A DNA stretch of 64,000 nucleotides from Toensbergia leucococca (lineage: Eukaryota): positions 124,001-188,000 of the forward strand of contig JALDZS010000014.1 of the NCBI GenBank assembly GCA_022813965.1. The letters run 5' to 3'. Made by a program: the position numbers and the translations under genes. Below, in pieces: positions 33,922 to 46,952 of this stretch. Position 1 is the first letter of the stretch. Each line of letters begins with the position of its first letter. The notes under the pieces were generated by a model. That model was not told where the DNA came from. It did no database searches and worked only from the letters and a program-made list of their open reading frames with translations.

Positions 33922-36594
33922 ATTGTACGAGGGATGGAAAACACTGATTTCTCTAGATGGCAAGATGAAACGGAACTGCTCGATCGGGCGACAGGATGCA
34001 ATGAGGGGATGAAAGGAAAGGATGAAAGGAAAGGAGGAACGGAGAGGTTGAAGGCGAAAAGGCCTACTCGTAAAGGATAAAGAAAGCCCCGCTGTCCCCG
34101 GTAATATTACGGAGGCCATTCCGATTCCACGAGGTAGAATAGAATACGGAAGCCGGCTGGGTGCTTCATTTCGGGTTCCTCCCTGTCAAGCTCGTGCATC
34201 AAGTCTTCAGCCATGCGTTTGACAGCCGTAACCTTATCGAAACTACACAGTGACAGTGGCATGTGGAAAAGATTTCGAGAAGAGCAACGGATATAGCAAG
34301 TCGTCAACAGCCTGGAGAGTGCAACAGGATAGAATTGGGTCCCACTTCTGCTATTCCGCATAGGTAGGAGGTACCTAGGCAGGCAAATGACACAGCTATC
34401 GTCTCCCTCGAGCCTCACCAATAATCCCCAGGACGAGAAACGCCTCAACCATCGAGTGGACTTGCGACTATATGCAGCCGGCATACATTGCAGACTTTCA
34501 TCCTGCCTGGTGGGACCTGACAGTCACACCGTGACACTGCCGAGGGATCGCCTTTTCAACGGCTCTACCAGGCTAGACGATTGGCTAAGGGATACGCAGA
34601 AATGCAGTTATCCGTCTTGGTAATGGGCCTCAATAAAATATACACGTGCAAGTATAAGCGGCCTGGGACATCCAAGTATGGCTCTCAAAGTTGCCAGCTA
34701 AGAGGGACCTGGCAATCGATCACATCTCATCGACAAACGCTGGATGCCGCTGTCAAAAAGCTTCCATGGTTGCCATCACTACTGAACGAGCCATCTTGAA
34801 ACAACCTTGTCAGCGCGTGCTTGCAGAACGAGAGCCAAGATAGCTCTTCGACCGAATACTTTCTTCCTCTCACCACTCTTCCATTTCGTATCTCAATCAG
34901 AAATAATCATGTCAAAAGTTGCATCTATTCAAGATTCCACGGCTCTGTGCAGGAAGTTTAGGCGATGTGAAGTTTCAAGGCCTTTTGGATCGCCACTTCC
35001 TTGCCAGTGAGTACCTTATTGCGTGCGTTATGTTAGTTCTACTGTGCTAGGCAAGGCCACCTGTTCTGTATGCCTGAAATTGGTTAGTTGCCGTTGCCGT
35101 TGCCATGCACCTCGGGTACTTGCACTGTGTGAGTGTTGACACACGTCCTATGGGATTTCCTCCGGCATGCTCTGATCCGGATCTTCTCCATGGGCCCAGC
35201 CTTGCAAAATAAAGCCCTTGGCAAATCAAAATATGCTAATTTGTTTTTGTCTAAGTTTGATTGATGGTATTTCCCCAAAGTCATGATTTGTTTTTGGCCT
35301 TTCCACCCCCAGAGACAAAAGTCACCTAAACACTAAATTCCAGTGGCAGGAAACGAGCTTTTTTCTGTGTACAACCGCCGGATCATCAGGCGTGCATGGG
35401 TTTGTCTAGTATAGCGAATGCTGGAGACCATCTCATCTATCAGTGCCCGCTCCTGAAACATGACAAAAGCATGCTGATTATGTAGTGTTACATTAGAAAT
35501 TGAATGCGCACTTATGGCGCACTCTCAGTCCCTTTCGGCCTAATCTCTGAATTATGACACAGGTTATTTTCCAACCGATTTGGTCCCCCGACGGTTTTTG
35601 GCCCGATTGCGGCTCTCCAAGCAGATGCGGAGCTTTTGTTTGCCAGTGCGAAGTTTTACGTCAAAGCAATCATTTCACTCCACCCATCGATCATACTCTA
35701 CTGAAATTCTTTGAATGAGAACTGACTCACGTCGATCAAACCGTAGCGGAGGCAGCCTGCCGGTAGATCATGCCTTATACTAATAACTGAAGACATGGGA
35801 ATCGCTTTATCTGTTTGAAACGGAATGAATTCTTTGCGCAATATTGTGACACTCTTGTCTCAAGTCTCGGATCTCTGTGTCTCGAGACTGATGTCCAGTT
35901 GAATTTGCATATGATTGCCTGCTTTTCTATGGCAGGCGAAAGTAACCTTGCACCAGTCTTCAATCTCATCCTAGTCTGTAACACGTTACATGCTCCGATC
36001 TTTGTTCTGCAGGTGAGAATATTCTCCGTACCTTACGGCCTTTATAGTCTTTGAAAGTCGACTTCATGCGGGCTACCGCGGTTATACCAGATGCAGAACA
36101 GGGTCTTTGAGCACTCATACACAGAATCTTGCTATACCCACCATACGCGGATGACATACTGCTCGAAAAGAGGTGAACCAGTCGCAGAGGAGCGCGTTCC
36201 ACGCCGCCCGACTTTTGACAGGTCGCTTGTTCTACAGGAAGCTACGTGGCAGCAAGCACCTCTTAGACGTTACCTAGGTAGCAATCTACCATGCAGGACT
36301 TATCGAAGATCAAATCATATGCTCATCTGTTACTTATAGCACCAAGTTGTTTCTAGCCTCTGCTTCATTGCCATTCGTTGCTGTGCTCCCTTTCGGCCAT
36401 TCTTTCCCCCAACCTTCTTCCTCCGAACGCATGACCAGCCGAATTTGCCATTGGGCAGCATCCTGATGTTCACAGATCTTTCCTCAACAAACGTTTCCCT
36501 GAGTTGCAAAAGCTCCTTGTCTCCCACGGTTAGTCCTTGGCCCCTTGTTGTCGAATCTGATGCTTTCGAATGATGTCGCTGAGGGATTCGAGAT

Positions 36595-38323
36595 ATGAGT
36601 CGTCAGTACTGCGGAAATCCAGAAGGGGTTGAATACTTTTATCGATCAGGTCGTTCCTTACCTCAGACCATGTCCAAATCTGCGCGCGAGCAATGTCGAT
36701 CATATCCAATTGGAAACCGCCCCAGTCGGACTAGTCCAGTTCAGGAGTCTGATTCCGACAAAAGCGGTAATACTCCGAGACGAAGAATTGCTGTAGCAGT
36801 ACGTATGGTAGTAGGACTGTATCCGCTAGCCGTGCTAAAGTCCTCCATTTGTGGAAGCTGAAGTTTTAGCTGACTTTACACTATCAGTGTGCTCGATGTC
36901 GGAAAAGGAAGATCAAGTGTAGTGGTGATCCAGGGAATGGGGGCAGCTGTCAGAATTGCAAGAACGCTGGAACCGACCCTGGACAATGCCAGTTTTTAAG
37001 GGTGTGGTGCGATGAGCTTCCAATCAAACAGTATAGGAGTTGACTAGCTTCTTCAACCAGGTCAATTCAACAACCACGGTATACGCGATTCCTGCATCAT
37101 TATCATGTAATTGGCCCTACTCCTCAACCGCTTCCTCAAACGCCTCAGCCGGAATGTCCCAGATTGATAGCAGCTTAGGTCAATTTTCTTCAATGAATGC
37201 AGGTCCAGCATCTTCTTCAACCCCATGCGCCTTCCCTGGTCCATCACATTTCCCAAGAATGAACTCTTCGAGTGTTCTATCTAGTATGTCGTACCCTTCG
37301 GCGCCGGCCCGCCAGCTTTACTCCTCGAATTATGGCACAAGCTTCAGTGATGAGGCTATCGACCAATTCAATATGCAATCACAACAGTACCTTATTCCCA
37401 GTCAAGATGCACCAACATCAACTTATGGAATGCAAGATATGTCCCGGAATTGGACATCGATGGCTGGAACCAACAGACTCCCCCAAAGTGGGCTGAGCTT
37501 TGGTCAGGACGGTAATTCAAGATATAGTGCTTCTACTTTGCCTTACCTCAATCCGTCAATCCAGGCTGGGGCTGTCGTCACTGCGGATGGTATTTTTCCA
37601 GGAATGACATCTTTGGCCACGTCGTTGCCAGTTCCTGTTCCGAATAGTGATCGCGTTCTTCCGCACCCGGCAGCAAAGAGAGGTTCGCTAAGTGGCGGTG
37701 GCAATACTACTCAAGGAAGCCTTGGGGAGTTCTCATCGCATGGTCTACCATTGAACGTCGGCTACAGGTCCACTATGCAGTGGAGCCCCGAAATTACCGC
37801 ACCCGGTGTGGGCCAGGGGACGAGAGGATCCACTTCTCTCGGCACTAACAACGGTATGGGAGCGTCTAGTAGTAAGTCGTCCTCACCAAGGCCCTCTCAA
37901 GAGTCTGCGTTCGGATACATCCCGATGTCCCAAAGTCCTCCTCCCGACCCACCCGCTCGGGTATCAGATTACAGCTCCGCCAATGGATTGAAATCTGCAC
38001 CGCCAATGGAGGGCCATCTCAACTCGGCAGATTCAGGGTTTCATTCAGGCATGTCTACGGATTCTTTACTTTCGAGTCACAATTCTTCTTCAAACCTTTA
38101 CAGCTACAGTATGGGAGGCGCCACCTCAGGTGGCTCCATTTCTGATCCATCGGCGGCATCTGACGGAACCCTAGTCAGTGGCCAGCCTTACACTCGCCTG
38201 CGCCAATCACAACCGCAGCAAACTACGTCTTTTGATGCACTACGCAAGGATTCCTTGGAGGCGATATCGCGGACTGCACATAGGGCTTCCATATCCAGTG
38301 TCAATAACGCCAGACGATATTGA
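36595..38323 (+). CDS. Zn(II)2Cys6 transcription factor with Ser/Gly-rich disordered C-terminus
   Basis: ..TPRRRIAVA (to 36798) / exon 36888-37001 CARCRKRKIKCSGDPGNGGSCQNCKNAGTDPGQCQFLR / exon 37061-38323. Start uncertain: 36595, 36670 or a further upstream exon. Confidence 0.88.
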
Positions 38324-38699
38324 TGGGGTGGAGTACGTTTTCTTTGCTTTACGCTTATCACGAATGCGGTTTTCTTGTACAAGATTTGCTAAACTTTTCA
38401 AATTTCGGTTATTTGTAATGGCTAGAGATTCTCCGAGCAATCTGTCTTTGTATGTTAAATATAGTGTTCCCAGATATTGTGGTATGAACGATCACAAAAG
38501 TAATTCTCTAGAAGAGGATGCAAATTGTTCGATTGATTCTGCATGAGAAAGGGCGACCAAGTATGAGGGTGCTCAGCTTCTTTCCCTGTGCGCCAAGAGA
38601 TGCCTCTAAAAGAGTACATCCGATGACACGTAAATACACAAATGCATCTTCCCATCAAATTTTCTAGCCCACCTAGCACAAATACCACACGAAAGCCTC

Positions 38700-39286
38700 C
38701 TACTTCTTTTTCTTGTCCTTCCCTGCGCCCTTGGTCTTTGCAGTCCCTCGTACAGTCTTGGCTCGGTTCTTACGTTGCTTGCCTGTAGGTAAAGATATAC
38801 GGTTAGCACAAATGACACCGGACCCCTACGGCTGTGATAGGACTTTGATAGGCTCGATTGCACTTACGCTGTTGTCTGCTAGCCTTTTCAATCTTCGTCG
38901 CAGCTCCAATTCTAATGAGCCGGTAACGAGGCTCGAACTTTTTCATGACCTCGTGTGAATCGTAGATGAGTGCAAAACCTGTGCTCTTGCCCCCACCATA
39001 CTGTGTCCTAAACCCGAAGACTGACACTTGGTCTTTGTTTGCTTTGTAGAGTTCCGAGAGTTTGGAGCGAAGTTCGTCTTTGGAGACGTTGGCGCGGTTG
39101 GGGTGCAAGACGTCCCTTTTTGTCCGTGTGATGTTAATATCAATCATGAAGCAGGAGCCTGGCATGGTGGAGATGTGTAGTCAAGAAAGGGGATTCGACT
39201 TACACGACCATCTGCTTTCTTCCCAGTAGGGCATTTCGAATGAACTTGCGCGTTCGCAGCGTTACGGGCTGCTCTCGGTCTGCCAT
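38700..39286 (-). CDS. RPS24: 40S ribosomal protein S24 (eS24), 3 exons
   Basis: [64 protein letters not shown]../[18 protein letters not shown].. Confidence 0.97.
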
Positions 39287-39571
39287 GATGGCGGACTGTG
39301 GAAACTCGTTAGTCCAGAAATGCAGTATCTTGCAATGTCGGAGAGCTCCTCACAAATATGGATGCACCGGTGGAGCGTTGGAATATGTCGTCAATGAATG
39401 TTCTGTTTCGTCGTCAATATTTGATAGTGCTGGTGGGCCGAGGTTTTTAGCCCCGATGTAAGCGAGAGGCGCTAGTAAACATCGAGCAACCTCATAAGTT
39501 CGTGAAAATCCACCTCTGATATTCTGTTTACTTCACAAATATGCGCCGGAAATCCAATACCAAACGCAGTC

Positions 39572-41112
39572 ATGAGCGTTCTGCTAGAGACGTCCGTGGG
39601 AGACATAGTGATTGACCTGCTGGTGGACTATGCCCCCACCTCTTGCAAAAAGTAAGTGCTTCCTCTGTCTGAGCGATCCGAATATACGTTCCTACCTTTG
39701 TAAACCTACTGAACGCTGAGGACTAACTAGTCGCGCCATCGATATAGCTTCCTCAAGCTCTGTAAAATAAAATACTACAATTTCTCTCCTGTACACAGTG
39801 TCCAAAAGAACTTTTCTTTCCAAACTGGAGATCCGATTGGACCCGAATCCAAAGACAGCGATGGAGGATCATCTATATGGGGCGTGCTACAAGACCCATC
39901 GAAGAAAACATACCCAGCCGTGCTGCACCCCAAATTGAAGCATGCCGAGAGAGGGACCGTCAGTATGGCGACTGCCCCAGGATCCCATGATCCAGACGAG
40001 CGTGTTGCAGGCAGCCAGTTCCTCATTACTTTGGGAGATAATCTTGACTATCTGGACGGAAAAGCCGCAATATTTGGCAAGGTTGTAGAGGGATTTGATG
40101 CTTTGGAGAAAATCAATGAAGCATTCTGTGATGAAAGGGGCCGGCCGTTGAAGGACATTAGGATTCGGCACACAGTTGTCTTGGATGATCCATACGATGA
40201 TCCTCCAGGCTTAATTGAACCACCAGAGAGTCCTGTGCCTTCAAAGGCTCAACTTGCAACTGTCCGTATAGCTGATGATGAGGGCCTGGAGGACAATGTC
40301 GACGAAGAGGCCGTTGAAAAGCAGCGCCGTGAAAGAGAAGCTCGAGCTCAGGCGCTTACTTTGGAGATGGTCGGAGATCTACCCTTTGCGGAAGTCAAAC
40401 CTCCTGAAAACATTTTGTTTGTATGCAAGCTTAATCCCGTCACGCAAGGTTAGTCAAAGGTTGTCTATTGCTCATGAGTCGCCGAGTCGCTAAAATTCAA
40501 ACGTAGATGAAGACTTGGATCTGATATTCAGTCGGTTTGGAAAGATACTTTCTTGCGAAGTCATACGTGACAAACGTACGGGTGATAGCCTCCAATATGC
40601 ATTCATTGAATTTGAAAATCAGAAAGATTGCGAACAAGCCTACTTCAAGATGCAGGGTGTTTTGATCGATGATCACCGCATCCATGTAGATTTCTCGCAA
40701 AGTGTAAGTCTTGTCATTCTTACCCTAGCTAGTGCTGAGCTGAAATATTATATAGGTTTCAAAACTCTCGGACTCTTGGAGGACTGCAACCTACGCAAAG
40801 CGTTCGGGGCAATCCGAAGGATTTGGAGGTATCTCGAATCTCGAGAAGAAACGGCAATTTAGGGCTCTCGACACTACGGGTGGGCGCACGAGTACTTATG
40901 GTATGGTATTTGATAAAGATGACATACGCCGCGGACGGAACAGCAAATCTAGTCAGGATCTTCCGTCCCGCCGCGAGTCGAGGAGTCGAAGTCCTCGGAG
41001 AAGAGATCGCTTCAGGGAGCGGACACCCCCTTTCAGAGATGACCGCCGGAGACGGAACGGTAATGGCAACCACCGTCGAGAGGAGTACCATGGGCGAAGT
41101 AGGAGGCCCTAA
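39572..41112 (+). CDS. PPIL4: Cyclophilin-RRM protein PPIL4/Rct1, 4 exons
   Basis: [86 protein letters not shown], then an RS-rich tail. Confidence 0.93.
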
Positions 41113-41551
41113 GATATATCTGGTGATTAAGATGGCCATGTTAAATATCAATTTCAGTTAAGGCTTTTGATGTTGCAGGGTTGGGATGGATTGTATTGCA
41201 TAGGCATCTCAAGGCGTCACTCAGGTAATTAATACCATGATAGACTTTATGGAATCACTACAACTCATTTAGAGAAGCACTTCTCAGCCATTGTGTGCAC
41301 CTCCTATGCTGTACAATTACTGCTAAGTGCTTGCATACCTACTTACTTTATTCAAAGAATATGTATTTTCCCCTGACATTAGGTTGATGGTAGGGCTTAG
41401 CGAGCCGTTGCCTGGATGATGTCGTCAAGGGGGCAACGCGCAAGGAATTTCCTCGTACTCGCATCAAAGCAGCAAGTACATAGGATACCTTGAGCCGAAC
41501 AATCAAGCTCCATTCCAAAGGTACACAGAGTCAATTGTAGAGCTTGCAACC

Positions 41552-43213
41552 ATGACATCGACTGTCAAAGATGCCGTCAACAGCGTTTTTGAGAAGCTCA
41601 ATTTGTCCTCGAAAGACGAAGGTGTACCATTGAAAGAGCCGAGTAATCAGGAATTGAAAGATCTACGAGACAAGTATCTTAGAGCCGACCAAGAGCAAGT
41701 TTTCAGTTTTTACGATGAGCTCGATACTCTTGGAAAGGCCGGCCTATATGAGCAACTGTTGACCATCGACCCAAATCATATCAACATTATTACAAAAAAA
41801 GCATTGTCCCCCGAAGGGAAGTCTGCGAAAGATGAAGAAACCAAGCTTGAACCCTTGCCCGAATCCGCTACTGCTTCGATCTTAGACTCTAAGCCAGAAG
41901 ACATAGAGTCCTGGTACTCTTCGGGCCTGGATTTGGTGGCCGAAGGAAAAGTAGCTGTGGTACTGATGGCTGGAGGGCAAGGCACACGATTGGGTAGCTC
42001 GGCCCCAAAGGGATGCTTTGATATAGGTTTACCAAGTCAAAAATCTCTCTTTCAAATCCAAGCAGAGAGAATCTGGAAAATCCAGCAGCTAGCCGGGAAG
42101 AAGCATGGGAAGAAGAATATAGTCGTTCCATGGTATGTCATGACCAGCGGACCAACGAGAAACCCGACGCAGCAGTTCTTTGAGGAACATAAATACTTCG
42201 GCCTAGGCAAAGACGATGTCGTCATCTTTGAGCAGGGTGTTTTACCATGCATATCTAACGAGGGGAAGATACTACTCGAAAGCAAGTTAAAGGTGCATGC
42301 AATATGTGCTTGATATACTCACAATTTGTACTGATGCCAACTCGCAGGTTGCCGTTGCTCCAGACGGAAATGGAGGAATCTACCAAGCCCTTTTGACATC
42401 CAAGGTACGAACGGATATGCGAGATCGAGGTATCCAGCATATCCATGCCTACTGTGTGGATAATTGCCTAGTCAAAGTCGCAGATCCTGCATTCATTGGC
42501 TTTGCTGCATCTAAGGATGTGGACATAGCCACTAAGGTAGTTCGCAAGCGAAGTGCCAAGGAGTCTGTCGGCCTTATCCTATTGAAGAATGGAAAACCAG
42601 ATGTAGTAGAGTACTCGGAAATTGATACGGCTACGGCCGAGGCCAAAGATCCCACTCAACCAGGTGTTCTGAAGTTTCGGGCCGCCAACATTGTCAACCA
42701 TTATTACTCCTTCAGATTCTTGGAGACCATTGAAGAATGGGCACACAACCTTCCGCACCACGTAGCTCGGAAGAAGATCCCGTACGTTGATACCGAGAAA
42801 GGTGAGACTATCAAGCCAGAGAAGGCGAATGGTATCAAGCTTGAACAGTTTGTCTTTGATGTTTTCCCGATGCTGAAGCTTGATAAATTTGCATGCATGG
42901 AGGTTAATCGGGAAGACGAATTTTCGCCTTTGAAAAATGCGAAAGGCACTGGCGAAGATGATCCTGACTCAAGCAGGAAATATATCTTGGCTCAAGGGAA
43001 GAGGTGGATGCAGAAAGCTGGAGCTACCGTTGTTAGTGAGAGCGAAGGTGATGATGCTGGAGTTGAGGTGTCCCCTCTGATCAGTTATGTCAGTTGAAAC
43101 CTGGAAATCATCATCAGAGAAAAGTTGCTAATCAGACACAGGGCGGTGAGGGTCTTGAGTTTCTCAATCACAGGACGATTAAGGCCCCGGCGGTCATTGA
43201 AAAAGAAGACTAG
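41552..43213 (+). CDS. UAP1: UDP-N-acetylglucosamine pyrophosphorylase, 3 exons
   Basis: [68 protein letters not shown]. Stop at 43211-43213. Confidence 0.96.
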
Positions 43214-44127
43214 CTTCATTAGGATCCTGTTACGGGATTCAGGCATTCAAGTTTAGGGTGTAAGACATCGGAATACAGAAGATGGATGGCCAGGAGACCA
43301 TAGACCAAGTGTTTTGGTCACGATATGGGTCAGAATGAAGATGCTCGGTCTCTAGAATCAAAGCAGGTTCAGAAGCGCCAGATAAAAGCATGCTCTACGT
43401 ATTCCATGATTCTGAGGCGCCCTATCATCCTCTGATGCCAGCAAACAATACTAAGGCTTCCTATACCATACCTTGATAATAGTGAAGCTTTTGTATTAAG
43501 AATTATCTATATAACACAGTTCGCCTTTTTCATCCAATATACATTCCCTGTCCTGAAGCCCTATTTCGCCTAACTTAGGCTACCTCGGCACGCTCGGCTG
43601 GCGGCACAGAGCTCATGCAGCACGCTAATCTATGTTAAGGTCCTCGGCCCGTTTTCTGGCCTCGCCGCCTAAGCCCAGAGAAGTAAGGCGTACCCGGTGT
43701 CGAAATCCTCGGAGCGGAATGGCTTTTGTTTTTTTCATCTGAGCTTCACGGAGTTGGATCACTGTGCATCGCATCGACCGGTTTGATTGTGTATATTGCT
43801 CGAGTTTTGGAGGGCTGGAAGAGTTGTGCTGTTGAGGGAAGGAGACAAGAAGTGAAAAAGTATGTTGAACATAGTTTGCAAAGGAGGAAGTCGCTGAGCA
43901 TCTGCGTCGCGCTTGCTTCAAAGAGCACAGCTCTACAATCAAGTCAAGTGTCGCTGAGTCATTGTATCCGTTGTGTTTGCTGTACGAATCACTCTTCATT
44001 GTTGGCGCACACTACCACTATCATGTATCCTGTTGTTTGGTGGCCCGGCTTCAGCAGCATCTCCAAATGGGCTACAATTCCTGACACGAACAATGCAGGA
44101 ACACGCAAGGAAAAGAAATCCCCTAGA

Positions 44128-45168
44128 ATGTCGTCCCTGTCACGAAGAGCCTGCTACAAATGCGGAAATGTCGGGCATTATGCTGGTGCGTGATATAACA
44201 CACCAATGGTTCGGCGCAACCAAACTGATTGCAACCAAATTCCAGAGGTCTGTTCCTCGTCAGAACGTCTCTGCTACAACTGTAAGGCATACTGCTTGAT
44301 CGATCCTATCGGCCCATATGTCTAACTTCGTTTCAAGGCAAACAACCCGGTATAGCATTACACTACAAGATTGATGCAGATTAGACCTCCAACGCGTGTC
44401 TAACACTCCCTAGGTCACGAATCCAACGGTTGCCCGCATCCTCGTACAACTGAAAGTAGGGGTTCATTGACAGCTGCAGAGTTCCGAAGGTCCGGTCGCG
44501 CTGACATCTGTGCTTTAGCCAAGCAATGTTATCATTGTCAAGGTCTAGGTCACGTTCAGGCTGACTGCCCGACCCTGCGCATAAGTGGAGCTGGAACTGG
44601 TGGACGGTGTTACTCCTGTGGCCAGCCAGGGCATCTTGCCGCATGTTCTACCTTCCTGTGACCGTAGAGAAGCTGGCTGATGGATGGTGTAGCGTGCATG
44701 CCCAAACGCTGGATTTCAAGCGGGCCCTAGCCTTGGCGCTGGTAGAGGTGCCGTTGGTCCTCGTGGGGGATTTGGCGGTGGTTTCCGAGGCGGCTTTGCT
44801 GGTGCTGGGGCTGGGGTTGGAGCTCCACGCCCGGCCACGTGTTACAAATGTGGTGGACCCAACCACTACGCTCGGGACTGTCAAGCACAAGCCATGAAGT
44901 GTTATGCTTGCGGCAAGCTTGTAAGTGATAGGTGCTTAGCAAAAGCGGCTATTTGCGTTGCTGACCGCGGTAGGGGCATATCTCACGCGATTGCACTGCT
45001 CCCAACGGAGGTCCGTTGAATTCTGCCGGAAAAGTGTGCTACAAGTGCGGTCAAGCTGGACACATCTCTCGGGAATGCGCTGCAGTAGACACCAACGGTG
45101 GTGTTGACCCTACTATCGAGGCCGTCAATCAAATCCAGCCGACTGTAGCCACAGCGTCGGTAGCTTGA
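44128..45168 (+). CDS. GIS2: CCHC zinc-knuckle RNA-binding protein (Gis2/Byr3/CNBP family), multi-exon
   Basis: Seven CX2CX4HX4C knuckles over short exons (CYKCGNVGHYA, CYNCKQPGHESNGC, CYHCQGLGHVQADC, CYSCGQPGHLARAC, CYKCGGPNHYARDC, CYACGKLGHISRDC, CYKCGQAGHISREC) with an RGG linker. Confidence 0.93.
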
Positions 45169-46929
45169 TGACTCCTCTGGAATTCGCTTTTGTTGGGAAT
45201 TGTTAAACCGAACACCACTCCTTTGGTTAGACTTGACTTTCTCGGATTCTTTGTGTGTGTAACATCATCAGAGCATACAATCATTTCAGCAGCATAGGGC
45301 GTTTGTGTTTGAGAGAGCGTCATTCTTCTTTTGTTCCAGCACCGGCACTTAATGTTTACGACGACACCCCAAAAGTTCTAACGAAATACCCCCCTTACAC
45401 GATGTTTTGCATCCCGGCGAGAAACCAGTCATCTTTGTACTCTATCGAATTTGCTTCCTGCTTGTGCGTTGGCGAAGAAGGGAATCATGATGGAGAATTT
45501 CTAGACGAAGTGGAGGAAAGGTTGTATAGAGCTAGCGAGGACGAGCGACAGTAGGGAGAAAAGAAAGGGTGGACTTTGAGTCGGTGTGTAGATGGAATGA
45601 ATGTTATTTGTGGTTTACCTATCTACTCAAATTTGTTTGTTTGGCTTTTCTATTGTCATTCGAAAAGTCACAATTGTAGAAGTCCCAGTTGTTGCTTGGA
45701 GTCTTTTACACTGTTCATGCTTGAAGCACCACACTTTGCCCCTTACGAACCCTGGAATCACATTTCTTCTAAACAACACTTACAAGAAAGGAAACTCTGA
45801 AACGTTTTGCTTTGAATTGGCCGGCTGAGGTTTCTTTCCTCGGACGAGGTGAGTTTACCGGACTTGCATTCTACTTTTCTTTTTGCAATTTCGACCATTT
45901 TTACAGCCTTGGGCGTTTCATAGTTGGAAACGTGGCACGGGGGTATCCCAAATCTCCGTGGTAAGCATGGTACCCTTCCTTTCCTGGTAACCCGTGATTA
46001 TTATTTTTTTTTTTCAAATTTTTGAACACTTTGTTGGAATTCGGGTTTGGCTTTCTTTCATTCCTGAGATCTGAAACCGGAGGCTGTTGACACAGTTTGG
46101 GGTCATGTAGCCTTCTTCGTTTTTTGTCGGGGTTCCTCATTTTGATTAAGGTGGAGGGTGGGTGTTGGAGGAAGAGGGTTTTGAGAATTTTCGGTTGGGG
46201 GTGAAATGACTGGATTGTTTTTACTTGAAGGGGCGTGTTTGTCTTGTTCGATGGTGGTTGGATTTTTTTTTGGATCGCTTTTGCGGATTGGGGTGGCTTG
46301 ATTGGATGTTGGCTGTGTTTTGTGCTGGTATGGATAGGGGTTGGATGGAGAAAGGGGATTAGAGGTCAATGATGTTATTGCGTTATATTTTGAGCAAAGG
46401 GGGCTGGCTGATAGTTTGAGCCTTGAAGATACAGCCCAGGAAGTGCAGTAAGCGGATATGGTAAGGATTCTCTACGTCCTGTTTCCTTTCTCTTTTATCC
46501 TCTTCAAAAAGACCTCCACTCCAAACTCAACCAAACCAACTCAACTTCAACACAACTCCATGCTTTTCCGAGCAGGTATTCCCACCCGCCCTCTGCAAAT
46601 ACGCCGCTCGCTCCCCGCACTCTCATCAAAAGGAAAATGTTCCTAGGCAGACAACAGCAATCCAGATCTCCAGCCCCCCCCAAACCTGGCCATATGTGTT
46701 GCCCCCCTTTAACGATCCTGAGAATAGGAGACTTTGCTCTTTCTTGGCCAGTAAGATATGTTTACCTTTTTTTCGATGGGCGGGATAAGGTACCAGGTCA
46801 ATGGATTGAATGCGAGTGTTTTCAACATCATTGGCGGCAGGAGAGAATTTTTTTGATTGGGTAGATTGTGGATGTTGCTTTGAGAAGGGAGCTGGAGGCG
46901 AGGGAACTTGCGTATGTGGATATATGCAC

Positions 46930-46952
46930 TTTTTTTTTTTTTTTTTTTTTTT
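46930..46952. repeat. Poly(T) tract of about 23 nt
   Basis: Direct observation. Confidence 0.9.

Noticed and set aside
43680..44100. snoRNA in the GIS2 leader (the long GSP1 and EFM3 introns were also considered)
   Set aside because: No convincing box C/D pair with terminal stem or H/ACA layout by eye. An Infernal/snoscan search would be needed.
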